From contig JBEKBM010000011.1 in NCBI GenBank assembly GCA_050015395.1, forward strand, positions 22,940 to 86,939: DNA of 64,000 bases, written 5' to 3'. Position numbers and translations under genes: made by a program. Under the pieces are notes generated by a model. It was given only the letters and a program-made list of their open reading frames with translations. It was not told where the DNA came from and did not search any database. This DNA comes from Candidatus Bathyarchaeia archaeon (GTDB lineage: Archaea; Thermoproteota; Bathyarchaeia; Bathyarchaeales; Bathycorpusculaceae). Of the stretch, positions 1-10,384 are shown in pieces. Each line of letters begins with the position of its first letter. Position 1 is the stretch's first letter.

Positions 1-266
1 TAAATGTCACTTGTCACGTTGCTTCCAGCAATTCTGCCTTGAATTTCAGGTTCATCAACCATTGGGGTGAAAAAATCAAGCGTATTCAAGACAGCAATTC
101 CATCAGCGATTTTAACAACGCTGGAGTTCTCCCAAGGACCAGCCAACACATCCTCGCCGAAATCAGCCGTCAAACCAGCTTTATCCAACAATTCGCCTAA
201 CTGGTACTGTGGAAGCTTGCAACTGCAACCATGCACTGGAACAACTTTAGTTAACCTATAACCCAA
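1..266 (-). CDS. selD: Selenophosphate synthetase (SelD/SelD-like), N-terminal part; runs off the window edge
   Basis: Not in the ORF track. Manual translation from TTG at 266 gives MGYRLTKVVPVHGCSCKLP...LDFFTPMVDEP...SNVTSDI, with the GCxCK, DFFTP and NxxSD motifs. GGAGG RBS at 276-280 on the minus strand. Confidence 0.85.
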   Translation of the reverse strand, partial: MGYRLTKVVPVHGCSCKLPQYQLGELLDKAGLTADFGEDVLAGPWENSSVVKIADGIAVLNTLDFFTPMVDEPEIQGRIAGSNVTSDI

Positions 267-312
267 CTTGTATTTCCTCCTAAACTTCGGTCCTCAGTTT
301 TCTCATATAGGC

Positions 313-537
313 TTAATGTTTTTTTATCATTATTCGAAACTCATTCTCTGATTTGGACGCTTCAACCACTTCATGCCCATTATTTTTTACCCAACGCTGA
401 ATATTCTCAAACTCCAATTCCCCCTCACCCGCAACCTCAAGCAACTGCCCAGAAGCCATGTTTTCGAGCTTACGCTTTGTAAACGCTACAGGCATGGGGC
501 ACATTTTTCCCTTAACATCCAATCTTTCAATGTCCAA
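313..537 (-). CDS. tusA: Sulfur carrier, TusA/SirA family
   Basis: LDVKGKMCPMP (CPxP motif), 74 aa. Confidence 0.9.
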   Translation of the reverse strand: MDIERLDVKGKMCPMPVAFTKRKLENMASGQLLEVAGEGELEFENIQRWVKNNGHEVVEASKSENEFRIMIKKH

Positions 538-546
538 AAATTGTCA

Positions 547-912
547 CTAGAAAACTATTACCTTGTCACTATTAACTGTCCACTCAACAAGCTCATGAAC
601 AGTCGCAATTTTCACCCCATCAATTAAATCCGTTTGGGTTAAACCACGTGCTTCAACGCAGACCACGCAGGCTTTCACTTCAGCGCCGCCTTTGATTAGG
701 TCCTCTAGGGTTTGCCCATAATTGGTTAAGCCTGAAGCAGGTTTTTGCCCCTTTTTTGCAAGGTACACGCCGTTTTCAAACAACCAAATTCTTACTTTAT
801 GTCCTTCTACGTCACAAGTCCAAGCGAATCTTAAAGCTGAGAGGGCGCGTTCTTTTGCGTATGGTGCTTCATTTATTATTAATGTGAAGGTTACCAAATT
901 ATTCAACCTCAA
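547..912 (-). CDS. DsrE/DsrF-like (YchN-type) sulfur relay protein
   Basis: APY...ALRFA, LFENGVYLA, ACVVCVEARG motifs. Confidence 0.85.
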   Translation of the reverse strand: MRLNNLVTFTLIINEAPYAKERALSALRFAWTCDVEGHKVRIWLFENGVYLAKKGQKPASGLTNYGQTLEDLIKGGAEVKACVVCVEARGLTQTDLIDGVKIATVHELVEWTVNSDKVIVF

Positions 913-1033
913 GTTTCCTAATAATATTTATTCAAAAAACTAATATAAGCGTTTTCCAAACAAAAAACAAATAACATATAAACATTTCAAAGAAGCATTA
1001 CTAACAAGGTACAAAAGGAGTTCTATTAAGCGC

Positions 1034-1966
1034 ATGGAAACCATAAGGTTCGATTACCTCAAAACATTCCTCACAGTAGCCAGAACACACAGCTTCTCAA
1101 CAGCAGCCAAAGAATTAGGAACAAGCCAAGGCACAGTAAGCCACCACATAGCAGCATTAGAGGAATATTTTGACGCTGAACTATTCAAGCGCACAGCCAG
1201 CGGCGTAGAAGTTACCGAAGCAGGGGCAACCTTGAAGGAAAGCACAGAAAAAATACTCGAAGAAGCCCAAAATGCTAAAATCAAAATATCCTCAGCTAAA
1301 CACAATTTGGCAGGGACAATAAAGATTGTCGCAAGCACAATACCAGAAGAACACATAATTCCCAGCTTAATTGCTGGATTCCAAAAAAAGCATCCTGATG
1401 TAAGATTCAAAATAAAAGCGCAGGACAGCATAACAAGCCTTCAAAGTCTACAAGCCAACGATGCAGATTTTGCAGCTGTAGGAACAATATTAGGTTACGA
1501 AGAAAAATTCGAGGCGGTCCAAATAGGCGAAGAAGAACTGGTACTAATTGTACCGTGCAATCACGAATTAGCCAATCATAAATCTGTCAAGCTAAATGAA
1601 ATCAAAAAGTATCCATTCATCAACCGGGAAGAAACATCTGGCACAAGAAAGGAAATAGAAAAAATATTTGAAAACAATGGTATCTCAATATCGCAATTGA
1701 AGCTGGCATTGGAGTTGGGAAGCACCGAATCAGTAATGACAGCCGTCTCAGAAGGCAGAGGAATAAGTGTTATTTCTTCGATAGCTGCGAAAAAAGCCCA
1801 AGCAGCAGGCTTAGCAAAAATAATCAAAATTGAAGAAGCAAAAAAGCAAAGAAAACTCTACATGGTAAGACCAAAAAGAACTCTTCTTAAAACGTGTGAG
1901 GTCTTCTGGGATTTTTGCAAAGAATATACCTTCAAAAACGCTGCTATTTCATGTCTAAAGGATTAA
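1034..1966 (+). CDS. LysR-family regulator (CysL/selenium-metabolism-associated type)
   Basis: N-terminal HTH SFSTAAKELGTSQGTVSHHIAALE; REETSGTR; divergent from the selD operon. Confidence 0.9.
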   Translation: METIRFDYLKTFLTVARTHSFSTAAKELGTSQGTVSHHIAALEEYFDAELFKRTASGVEVTEAGATLKESTEKILEEAQNAKIKISSAKHNLAGTIKIVASTIPEEHIIPSLIAGFQKKHPDVRFKIKAQDSITSLQSLQANDADFAAVGTILGYEEKFEAVQIGEEELVLIVPCNHELANHKSVKLNEIKKYPFINREETSGTRKEIEKIFENNGISISQLKLALELGSTESVMTAVSEGRGISVISSIAAKKAQAAGLAKIIKIEEAKKQRKLYMVRPKRTLLKTCEVFWDFCKEYTFKNAAISCLKD

Positions 1967-2017
1967 AGCTATTTCAATGGCATATCTTAAACGCAAGTAG
2001 ATGGCTAGAGTTTACGA

Positions 2018-2335
2018 TTATGTTTCTTCTTCGAGCTGTATCCAAATTTTTCCTGACTTAATTTTCAAATCATACTTTGTTAACTTAATGGATGGTTCAT
2101 CTTGGTACTCGCCTGTTCTTAAGTCAAAATGCCAATCATGGCAAGGACAAACAATCAAGAAGCCCTCAAGGGTACCGCCTGAAAAAGCACAACCCATGTG
2201 TGGACAGCGGTTATCGATAGCGAAAATTTGACCAGACTGCTTAATCAGTAAAACTGGAGAACCTTCAACCGACACAAGCTTCATTGCGCCTTCTTGCAGC
2301 TCTTTTTCTTCTAAAACAGGAACAAAATTATCCAT
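2018..2335 (-). CDS. Rieske [2Fe-2S] ferredoxin
   Basis: CPHMG and CPCHDWHFD motifs; ATG at 2335 preferred as start. Confidence 0.9.
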   Translation of the reverse strand: MDNFVPVLEEKELQEGAMKLVSVEGSPVLLIKQSGQIFAIDNRCPHMGCAFSGGTLEGFLIVCPCHDWHFDLRTGEYQDEPSIKLTKYDLKIKSGKIWIQLEEET

Positions 2336-2466
2336 CTTACCCAACTTCTGCCTCTGCCAGATGTTACTCGTTAATTGTGAGATAAGTTTTGTGGCTTCTG
2401 CCAATTACGTCGGAGAACTTGCCTTCGCCACATAGGGTTATTCCGCATTGGCTGTTTTGCAGGTCA

Positions 2467-4131
2467 TCATTTACTCCTGAACTTTAAAAAGTAAACTACT
2501 CCACCAGCCGCCATGGCAGCAACAAGCCCAGCAATAATAAAAAGAGAATATTTAACGTAGAGTGGCGGCGGGGTCACCGTTATCATTAACTGTTGGCTAT
2601 AACAGCTGTAAGATGTTTGAGTTTCAGGACAAGTTGCAGTAACAGTCCACTGTCCAGAAGAGTCAGGTCGGAAACTTGCCACAAAAGTACCGTCACTGTT
2701 CACAGTGCAATTTATCGTTTGGGTAGAGTTGATGCTGTTGAACTGCACTTCAACTGTGGAATTATTATCGTTTGGGGTTAGAACTCCGTTGATTGTGATG
2801 TTTTCGCCAAGGCGTATTTCATCTTTAACTGCTGTAATGTTAAGAGTTAATGGCTCCTTTACGGTGTAGTTGCCTGATGCATACAAGCCATTTTCTAGAA
2901 CATCAGTTGCGTTAATTTGGTATTGAACTAGTGTTCCTGCCGTTTGCCCTGGAATAGTAGCATTGCATGTTTGGTTGCTGATATCCATGTTCATGGTATT
3001 AGTAGCGGTCCAATTGTTGGTGGTGTATGACAGTTGAGCCGACGCCAAATTAGTATTGTTTGAGGTGAAAGCGATTTCGGTTAGATTGCCTGGATAAACT
3101 CTTTCCGGAGTAGTTAAGGGCGTTAAGGTCTCATTTTCAAAATTAGTTTTCAACATAAATGTAATATTTCCTGAGCCTACTTCGCCGATAAGCACTAAAT
3201 GGTAGAGATTTGGTCCAGCGTTAGGTGAAGTGTAATTTAGAGACATCGATTGACCCATGTATTCGCAGCTTGCGTAGGCTACGCCTCTGTAGCCATTGGG
3301 TTCAAAGTTGTAGCCGCCGACTGAACCACTTAAGTTGCCATACAAGCCTGGTTCCCAAGCCAATGGAAAATTGTCTAAGCTTGGCGATTCAGCGTTATTC
3401 ATTAAGTAGAGCCTAGCTTCATACATGTCTAGCGTATTTGGAACATTTATGTATAATTGAACATATGACGCGTTGGTTTCGAACTCATAGGCCCAGTTTG
3501 TGTAGAAAGTTGAGTTACCGCCGTTTGTGCCTTCGACATAACTTGTGTACCACTGGTCGCATTGGAGATTTTCAATTATCATAAAAGTAGCTTGTTGAGC
3601 ACCTTTGCTGTCAACTGGATTATTGTTTATGACAAACGAGTAGTTGCCTGATTGCGTCGGCGTAAAAAGCGAGTCATTAACAGTTGTGCCTAAGTGTTCT
3701 GGAAGACCAGCTGATTGAGTGTGTGAACTCTCCAAGTTTCCCTGCGGGTCATAGACGTAGACGTTGTAGTCTGTTTTTGCTACGGATGAGGTGTTTATGT
3801 ACGCTCCATAAAAGTAAATATGATAGTTATGGCCTGCTTGAAGAGGGCAGATGATGGTCCAGTTTTCGCCGATCGCTATTTGCGAACTGTTAACTAGTAC
3901 TGGGAACATTGGTTTTTCAACGTAAGTGCAGTTTCCTTCAGCATTGACGAAGTTATGTACGTAGTTTGTGTATTCTGAAGTTGTGGTTAATTGGATGGTG
4001 GAGGCTTGAGCCTGGATGGTGGAGGCTTGAGCCATGAATAATGGACTGAAAACTAAGACTACGATTGTAATCAATGATAGGATTTTTGTTTGGGGGTTGA
4101 TTTTCAGATGCATGGCTGAATCAGCTTGCAA
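2467..4131 (-). CDS. Secreted, membrane-anchored Ig-like surface protein
   Basis: Signal peptide, N/T/S-rich with many NxS/T sequons, C-terminal TM followed by KFRSK. Confidence 0.7.
   Translation of the reverse strand: MQADSAMHLKINPQTKILSLITIVVLVFSPLFMAQASTIQAQASTIQLTTTSEYTNYVHNFVNAEGNCTYVEKPMFPVLVNSSQIAIGENWTIICPLQAGHNYHIYFYGAYINTSSVAKTDYNVYVYDPQGNLESSHTQSAGLPEHLGTTVNDSLFTPTQSGNYSFVINNNPVDSKGAQQATFMIIENLQCDQWYTSYVEGTNGGNSTFYTNWAYEFETNASYVQLYINVPNTLDMYEARLYLMNNAESPSLDNFPLAWEPGLYGNLSGSVGGYNFEPNGYRGVAYASCEYMGQSMSLNYTSPNAGPNLYHLVLIGEVGSGNITFMLKTNFENETLTPLTTPERVYPGNLTEIAFTSNNTNLASAQLSYTTNNWTATNTMNMDISNQTCNATIPGQTAGTLVQYQINATDVLENGLYASGNYTVKEPLTLNITAVKDEIRLGENITINGVLTPNDNNSTVEVQFNSINSTQTINCTVNSDGTFVASFRPDSSGQWTVTATCPETQTSYSCYSQQLMITVTPPPLYVKYSLFIIAGLVAAMAAGGVVYFLKFRSK
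3992..4033. repeat. 21-bp tandem duplication inside the CDS (AQASTIQ x2)
   Basis: tggatggtggaggcttgagcc occurs twice in tandem. Confidence 0.85.
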
Positions 4132-4444
4132 ACGTTATGTATTGCGGGCGCTTGACATATTGGTTATGAAGGCGGAATCTGTATTTTCAAGACAGGATTT
4201 TGAATCCGAAAATAGTTTCTGTTTCAGAGCCAAATTGGTGGCTGATTTTTTTTTAAAAAAATGTTTAAAGTTTCCTTAAAAAACTTTTTTGAAATTCTGC
4301 TTATGTATTTCTGGGCATTATTGTTTTTTGTTGTTGAATTGGTTTTCTTGTTTTTTTTAATAATGATAGTGTATATTGAGTCTTGCTACGGAAGATATTT
4401 ATAAGGAATTGTGCGTTCTCTTTGTTACAGGTGAAAAATAAACA

Positions 4445-5032
4445 ATGATCCGACTCTTAAAAAACCATTACGCACTTGCCACAGTAATAACTACACTCAT
4501 AATCCTAGTAGTATCAATATTGCTTGCAGGTGTTTTAACTTACTTTGCCATAAATGTAGTCAGCACCAGGGTTCAACAGGAAAGTCTTCAGCTTTCAGAC
4601 CAGCACATTTGGATTACCTCAGCCGGTGTCGCTGAAGGTGCGATTATGATAAAGAACACTGGCGGACGCGACGTCGTCATTAGCCAGATCCAAGTGCGTG
4701 GACAACCATGCGGCCAAATATACGATCTAATAGCAGCCACAGAGGATAAAGGCTTAACTGAGGACTTACAATACATAGTCCCAACAGAAGTCCCAGGCTC
4801 ACCAGCAACATATAACTTAGATAATGCTGCCGTTACTGATTTTACAGCCACTCTACCAGCAGCTCCAGCCACAGGTAACTTCGTGTTATCTTCCGGCGGC
4901 ACTATGGTTGTTTACATCATTCAACCAGACAGTGTTAGCCTCAACGACATCGGCTTAACTGTTGGTTTCACAGTCTTCACGGCACAAGCAATTTACTACA
5001 CAGAGACAAACGTTCAAGCAACAACAGGTTAA
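4445..5032 (+). CDS. Archaeal type IV pilin/archaellin-like protein, paralogue 1
   Basis: Class III-like signal KNHYA|LATVITTLIILVV; NTGGRDVVI motif; GGTGA RBS. Confidence 0.8.
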   Translation: MIRLLKNHYALATVITTLIILVVSILLAGVLTYFAINVVSTRVQQESLQLSDQHIWITSAGVAEGAIMIKNTGGRDVVISQIQVRGQPCGQIYDLIAATEDKGLTEDLQYIVPTEVPGSPATYNLDNAAVTDFTATLPAAPATGNFVLSSGGTMVVYIIQPDSVSLNDIGLTVGFTVFTAQAIYYTETNVQATTG

Positions 5033-5221
5033 GATTAAATAACCTTAAGAGTATCTACCCCTCCTCCCCCTTATTCTTTCTATTTTAAGAAAAAATATTT
5101 TAAGAAAAATTGTTCTTTTTGCTTTCTTTTCTGTAACTTTTTAGATGCGTATTTTTTTTTACGCACAAGTTTACTTATCCAGAAATCGCGTAATGGTTTT
5201 TTCAGGAGATTTAAAAATAAA

Positions 5222-5773
5222 ATGAGAAATATACTGAGAAATATACTGAAAAATCGTTTGGCTCTAAGTACAGTCATTACAACGCTGATTATTCTAGTGG
5301 TTGCAGTGCTTCTTGCAGGTGTCGTAACTTACTTTGCTATCAACATCGTAAGCACCAGGGTTCAACAGGAAAGTCTTCAGATTTCATACGCTCACATTTG
5401 GGTCGACTCAAGCGGTAATGCCATAGGTGCGCTTATGATAACGAACACTGGCGGACGCGACGTCGTCATCAACCAGATCCAAGTGCGTGGACAACCAGTC
5501 AATTGGGATAATACAACGGCAGCGGTGTATGCTGGAACACCCAAGTCAACTGATACAGACTTATCGTACATTGCAGCATCGGCCTTAGGCTCAACCTATA
5601 CCGCAACCTCAGGTCCCTTAACGTTATCTGCCGGTTCCTCTGTTGTCGTTTACACCATTTCACCAGACAGTGTTAGCCTCAACGACATAGGCTCAACAAT
5701 TGCTTTCACAGTCTTCACGGCACAAGCAATATTCTACCAAGAGGCAAACGTTCAAGCAGCACCAGCAAGTTAA
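5222..5773 (+). CDS. Archaeal type IV pilin/archaellin-like protein, paralogue 2
   Basis: KNRLA|LSTVITTLIILVV; shares near-identical blocks with 4445-5032. Confidence 0.8.
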   Translation: MRNILRNILKNRLALSTVITTLIILVVAVLLAGVVTYFAINIVSTRVQQESLQISYAHIWVDSSGNAIGALMITNTGGRDVVINQIQVRGQPVNWDNTTAAVYAGTPKSTDTDLSYIAASALGSTYTATSGPLTLSAGSSVVVYTISPDSVSLNDIGSTIAFTVFTAQAIFYQEANVQAAPAS

Positions 5774-5980
5774 GATTAAATAACCAAAAGAGTATCCCCC
5801 CCCTCCCCTCTTCTTTCTTTTTTAAAAAAAAGTATTATAGTTTTATGAACGAATTATTTTGGCTTTATTCCATGTTTTCGATGCTATTTGAAATAATATG
5901 TGAATTGTTCATACACACAAATGGCTTAATCCATTCTTCCAGCTTTTCTATAGTAAATGCACATGTACGAGAGGATGTAA

Positions 5981-6820
5981 TTGGCGGTAATCTTGCATAG
6001 TCGACTCTTCAGAAGGTTTGTTCGATCTAAAGGTGCATTGGCATTACCGGTTACATTCCTTATTCTGCTCGTGTCAACGCTAGGCATCATTACAGTTACC
6101 TATTACTTTGCAGTTGAAAACATCAACACGCAAAGCGAAGCTCTCAAGGTTTCCACAGCCCAACAAGACTTCATATCTTTGGACAATGATATTCTTTCAA
6201 CTTTAGGGCAGCCTGGCTCCTCAAGCACGATTGACTTGAGTGATTCAGGCGGATTAACAAACATTACCAGCAATATTCTAACCATCAACGTCACTGACAA
6301 TTCTGACATCGATGAAACTATCTTTAACTCATCAGTAGGCCAAGTCACCTATGAACTTCCATGTTCAGGCTCAATCGACACAGGATTTTACCTAGTAGGA
6401 GACAGCCAAACAATAACCAACCAAAGCGGCGCGTCACCAAGTCAGCTTTACATAACAAATGGACCTCAGGGACCTGAGATCCAGCTGCAGTACCGACCAA
6501 CAGTGACATACGCTGCTGCTGGATATGAAGATGGTCAAGCCGTCTACGATGTTCGTATCTACATTGTCAACCTGAACTCTTCAGCCCTAATAGCATGGGG
6601 CGGCGAGCTTCCCTTACAAATCTCCTGCACAAGTACACAATTAACAACTGAAACTTACAATGTTCCCTACCAACCCGAACCCGTGAACTTAGTGATATCT
6701 TCTCAGTTGAACGGTGCCAGCGGAAGCGTTTCCATTCCGATTTCAAGCACGCATGAAGGCTCAATAATCTACATAGAAAAGGTAATTTCTAACGTATCAA
6801 TCGAGAGGTGGATCAGGTAA
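5981..6820 (+). CDS. Minor pilin-like protein
   Basis: Basic leader RSKG/A followed by a hydrophobic helix; lies in the pilus operon. Confidence 0.65.
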   Translation: MAVILHSRLFRRFVRSKGALALPVTFLILLVSTLGIITVTYYFAVENINTQSEALKVSTAQQDFISLDNDILSTLGQPGSSSTIDLSDSGGLTNITSNILTINVTDNSDIDETIFNSSVGQVTYELPCSGSIDTGFYLVGDSQTITNQSGASPSQLYITNGPQGPEIQLQYRPTVTYAAAGYEDGQAVYDVRIYIVNLNSSALIAWGGELPLQISCTSTQLTTETYNVPYQPEPVNLVISSQLNGASGSVSIPISSTHEGSIIYIEKVISNVSIERWIR

Positions 6821-6823
6821 ACA

Positions 6824-7264
6824 ATGGTGACGATAATTCCAGGTTACGTGTACTCGATTTTTGCAGCCCTTATCGTTGGCGCAATCATAGTTTCCAGTTG
6901 CAGCTTTTCAATGGTAAACGTAAAAAATGAAGCTGAAAGCCAACAGTTAGCCAATATTGATGAATATGTAGCAGCACAAAGCCTAACTCTTATTACGCAT
7001 GTAATCCAAGACGGCCAAAGTACTGCTCTGTTTCTGGATCTTCCTTCACAAATCGGAAACCAAGAATACTCGATATCAATAGCAAACGACTCGTCCAGTG
7101 CATGGGTTGAATCTGGCTTTGGAACAGCCGTCCAAAGTCAACCACAAATATACATACCTGCCGAAATTAACGCATCAGGAACTTTTGTTAGTGGTTTGGG
7201 CAGGGCTTTTCTGCAATGTTACTACCAAAACCAGACTGTTACTTTAAAATTAATTAGTGAGTGA
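6824..7264 (+). CDS. Pilus-associated single-TM protein
   Basis: N-terminal TM; LDLPSQIGNQEYSI; operon context. Confidence 0.6.
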   Translation: MVTIIPGYVYSIFAALIVGAIIVSSCSFSMVNVKNEAESQQLANIDEYVAAQSLTLITHVIQDGQSTALFLDLPSQIGNQEYSISIANDSSSAWVESGFGTAVQSQPQIYIPAEINASGTFVSGLGRAFLQCYYQNQTVTLKLISE

Positions 7265-8847
7265 TTGAATTGAACTTAGGCAAAAAGAAACAAGAAATCC
7301 AAGAAAAAGAAAAAACCTCAGACGAGGAAATGATAGCCTACTTAGGCATTCAGGGCTATCAGGTGCCTGAAGGTTACACACAAGTTGAAAGTTACCCCCT
7401 CAATCCCCCGTTCTCTTATGCCTGGATATTCCAAGACGACTCTGAAGGAAGCTTCTTCTACGTTGTTGATGAACTCCCCATGTCAAGAGAAGAAAGAGAA
7501 TCCTACAAGCGCCTAAAAAACATTCTTGAATATGAGCTTAAAGCCCCAAGAATAGATGAAACGCTTGTTGCATCGTTCCACAGACAGCTTCCAACCATAC
7601 TAGAAGAGCACCAAAAAGCTCTCGAAGGAACCGACCAAGTGGGTCTAAGAAAAATCTCTTACTACATTGAAAAAGACTTGATAGGTTACGGAAAAATCGA
7701 AGGGCTCATAAACGATCCGTTAATAGAAGATATAAGCTGTTTAGGCCTAAACAAGTCCGTTTTCATTTATCATAGAAAATACGCTAACGCACGAACCAAC
7801 ATTATTTTTACTGATGAGGAAGAATTAGACGATTTCATGACAAGAATAGTACACAGACAAGGCAAACACGTAAGCATAGCTCACCCAATAGTGGACTTAA
7901 CCCTTCCAGGAAAGCACAGACTTGCAATATCCTTCGGAAAAGAAACAACCCCAGCTGGAACAAGCTTCACTATAAGAAAGTTCAAAGAAGACCCATTAAC
8001 CATCGTGGACTTGATAATCAACGAAACAATTGACGAGTCAATCGCAGCGTACCTTTGGATGCTAATGGAAAACAAAATGTCAGTCATGATTGTAGGCCCA
8101 ACAGGCGCAGGAAAAACAACCGCCTTAAACGCTATTGCATGTCTGGTACGACCAGAACTTAAAATGATTTCAGTTGAAGAAGTTCAAGAAATTAATTTGC
8201 CACAGGAAAACTGGGTGTCAACTGTTGCACGAACAGGATTCGGAGGAGACAGCGAAGGCGAAGTCACACTCTACGACTTAATAAAATCAGCCGTTAGGCA
8301 CAGACCAGCATTAATCCTTGTAGGCGAAATCAGAGGCGACGAAGCATACGTTCTCTTCCAAGCCTTAGCAACAGGACACGGTGGATTATGCACAATGCAC
8401 GCTGACGACGTAGAAACAGTCATTAAACGGCTAACACAGCCACCCATGAACATCCCACAAAACATATTGTCACTGATGAACTGCGTAATAGTTGTCAAGC
8501 AAGTCAAAACCTCAAGCATCTACCCGCTAGAACGAAGAATGTCTTCCAGAAAATTTGTTAGTGTCGCTGAAATCGATAATAACGGTGTCCCACATGAAGT
8601 TTTTAATTGGAACATGTCCTCAGACACTTTTCAACAAAACCTAGATAAAAGCTATTTACTATCTAAAATAGCCAAAAACCTCGATGCTCCTTTAAGCGTT
8701 GTTCAACAAGAGTTTGAACGAAGAAAACAAATTATGCTAAAAATGGTCGAGAAAAACCTTCGCGACTTCAGAAGCGTCCACAAAGCATTAAACAGTTCAC
8801 TTATCCTCTCGGAGTTAGCCGCTAAAGAACAGTCAAAGGTGCAATAA
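7261..8847 (+). CDS. Type II/IV secretion ATPase (ArlI/TadA/VirB11 family)
   Basis: Walker A GPTGAGKT, LVGEIRG, ATGHGGLCTMHA. Confidence 0.95.
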   Translation: MIELNLGKKKQEIQEKEKTSDEEMIAYLGIQGYQVPEGYTQVESYPLNPPFSYAWIFQDDSEGSFFYVVDELPMSREERESYKRLKNILEYELKAPRIDETLVASFHRQLPTILEEHQKALEGTDQVGLRKISYYIEKDLIGYGKIEGLINDPLIEDISCLGLNKSVFIYHRKYANARTNIIFTDEEELDDFMTRIVHRQGKHVSIAHPIVDLTLPGKHRLAISFGKETTPAGTSFTIRKFKEDPLTIVDLIINETIDESIAAYLWMLMENKMSVMIVGPTGAGKTTALNAIACLVRPELKMISVEEVQEINLPQENWVSTVARTGFGGDSEGEVTLYDLIKSAVRHRPALILVGEIRGDEAYVLFQALATGHGGLCTMHADDVETVIKRLTQPPMNIPQNILSLMNCVIVVKQVKTSSIYPLERRMSSRKFVSVAEIDNNGVPHEVFNWNMSSDTFQQNLDKSYLLSKIAKNLDAPLSVVQQEFERRKQIMLKMVEKNLRDFRSVHKALNSSLILSELAAKEQSKVQ

Positions 8848-8850
8848 CAA

Positions 8851-10368
8851 ATGACTGCTTCTGGCGGTTTTATCGGCAAAATATTCGGTTCACTATCTAA
8901 GGCTACTAGTGAAGAAAAAGAGAAAACCGAACAGGAACTGCCATTCGCAGTAATGATTTTCACGCTTATGGCTGCAAGCGGAATATCCCCCTACGACAGC
9001 TGGAAAAAAATGCGAAAGCTTACCTTCCTTCCAGCATTCAAAAAAGAAGCGGACGAAGTCGTGCGCCAAGTTGAAGTTTTAGGCAAAGACCCTTTAAGTG
9101 TCATGCAGATGCGCGCAGAAACCACAGCCTCCAAGCTATATAGAAATTTTCTGGGCGGCTTTGTTTCTTCAATTAGAAGCGGCGGAAAAATGGTTGATTA
9201 CATGAAAAGCCAGTTGAAAGCAATCTTTGAACTGCGATACATTAATCTGAACCGATCAATTGAGCGAATCGCCACTTTGGTTGAAGCCTACTCGGTCATG
9301 CTGATTGTTGTGTTATGCTCGTATATTCTTTTTGTTGTTTTATCATCATCAAACGTTATGTCGCTGCTGGTAAGCAGTTCAGTATCCACTTCGCCTATGC
9401 TGTCTTACTTAATAGCGTTTATCATTATGCCTGTGGGATCGTGCATCTTCATTTTGATGGCGCATAACCTGCAACAAAGCGCTTTCCCCGACCTGAAAGA
9501 CCTCTACAAAAAAGCCTTATTCTTCATACCACCTGTATTCGCCATAATAGCTCTCATCGCAATTGTTCCTCAACTATCACAAGCAGTAAGCCCCGTGGGG
9601 TTACCTGCAATCACTACCATAGGCTTAGTTGCTGCTTCACTGCCGATTGCATTCCAATATTGGCGCATCTCAAAAATCAACTACAACGCAGAAGAATCAC
9701 TTCCCAGCTTCATAAGAGACGTAACAGAATCACAAAAAACCGGGCTTTCACCAGAAAAAAGCATAATACAAGCTACAAAACGCAAAGATTACGGACCCTT
9801 CTCCAAATTTTTAGATTTAATGCGTAGCCAAATCGAATGGGGCATACCTTTAAGAAAAACTTTTGATAACATACGTAAGGAAATTCGAAGTTGGTTTGTC
9901 ACAGTTAACTTTGCCATGCTGGTGGAAACCATTGAAATCGGCGGCAACTCAACCCAATCGCTAGAGATACTTTCGGAATATAGTGAAAAAGAACACGAAT
10001 TACAAGTCAATCGGCGTGAACTTTTGAAGCCTTACATACTTCTTGCTTTCATATGGAGCGGATTAATCGCTGTCACAACCACCATAGTTGCCTTAACCAC
10101 TAACTTAACCACCAGCATGATGACAACTGTTAACAACACAAACCTCGCATCAGTCGCTTCAATATCCATGTCAAGTCAGCTTAACATGTTCTCTGTGGGC
10201 ATTATCATTCAATGCTGGATCTCAGGGTTCTTCATCGGAAAAATCAGCGAAGGCAACCTGGGCGCTGGATTTAAACACGCAGCATTGCTGGCAGCAACCG
10301 CATACGTGTCTTTGGTTGTCTCTCAAATTGTTCTTTCACGCCTTTTTGGAGGACTAACCGGCACTTAA
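8851..10368 (+). CDS. Pilus platform membrane protein (ArlJ/TadC, T2SSF domains)
   Basis: Two T2SSF-like segments, multiple TMs, GFFIGKISEG motif. Confidence 0.9.
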   Translation: MTASGGFIGKIFGSLSKATSEEKEKTEQELPFAVMIFTLMAASGISPYDSWKKMRKLTFLPAFKKEADEVVRQVEVLGKDPLSVMQMRAETTASKLYRNFLGGFVSSIRSGGKMVDYMKSQLKAIFELRYINLNRSIERIATLVEAYSVMLIVVLCSYILFVVLSSSNVMSLLVSSSVSTSPMLSYLIAFIIMPVGSCIFILMAHNLQQSAFPDLKDLYKKALFFIPPVFAIIALIAIVPQLSQAVSPVGLPAITTIGLVAASLPIAFQYWRISKINYNAEESLPSFIRDVTESQKTGLSPEKSIIQATKRKDYGPFSKFLDLMRSQIEWGIPLRKTFDNIRKEIRSWFVTVNFAMLVETIEIGGNSTQSLEILSEYSEKEHELQVNRRELLKPYILLAFIWSGLIAVTTTIVALTTNLTTSMMTTVNNTNLASVASISMSSQLNMFSVGIIIQCWISGFFIGKISEGNLGAGFKHAALLAATAYVSLVVSQIVLSRLFGGLTGT

Positions 10369-10384
10369 AAGGAGAAACAATGCG

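Noticed and set aside
200-240. Selenocysteine (UGA) in SelD
   Set aside because: Both codons in GCSCK are TGC.
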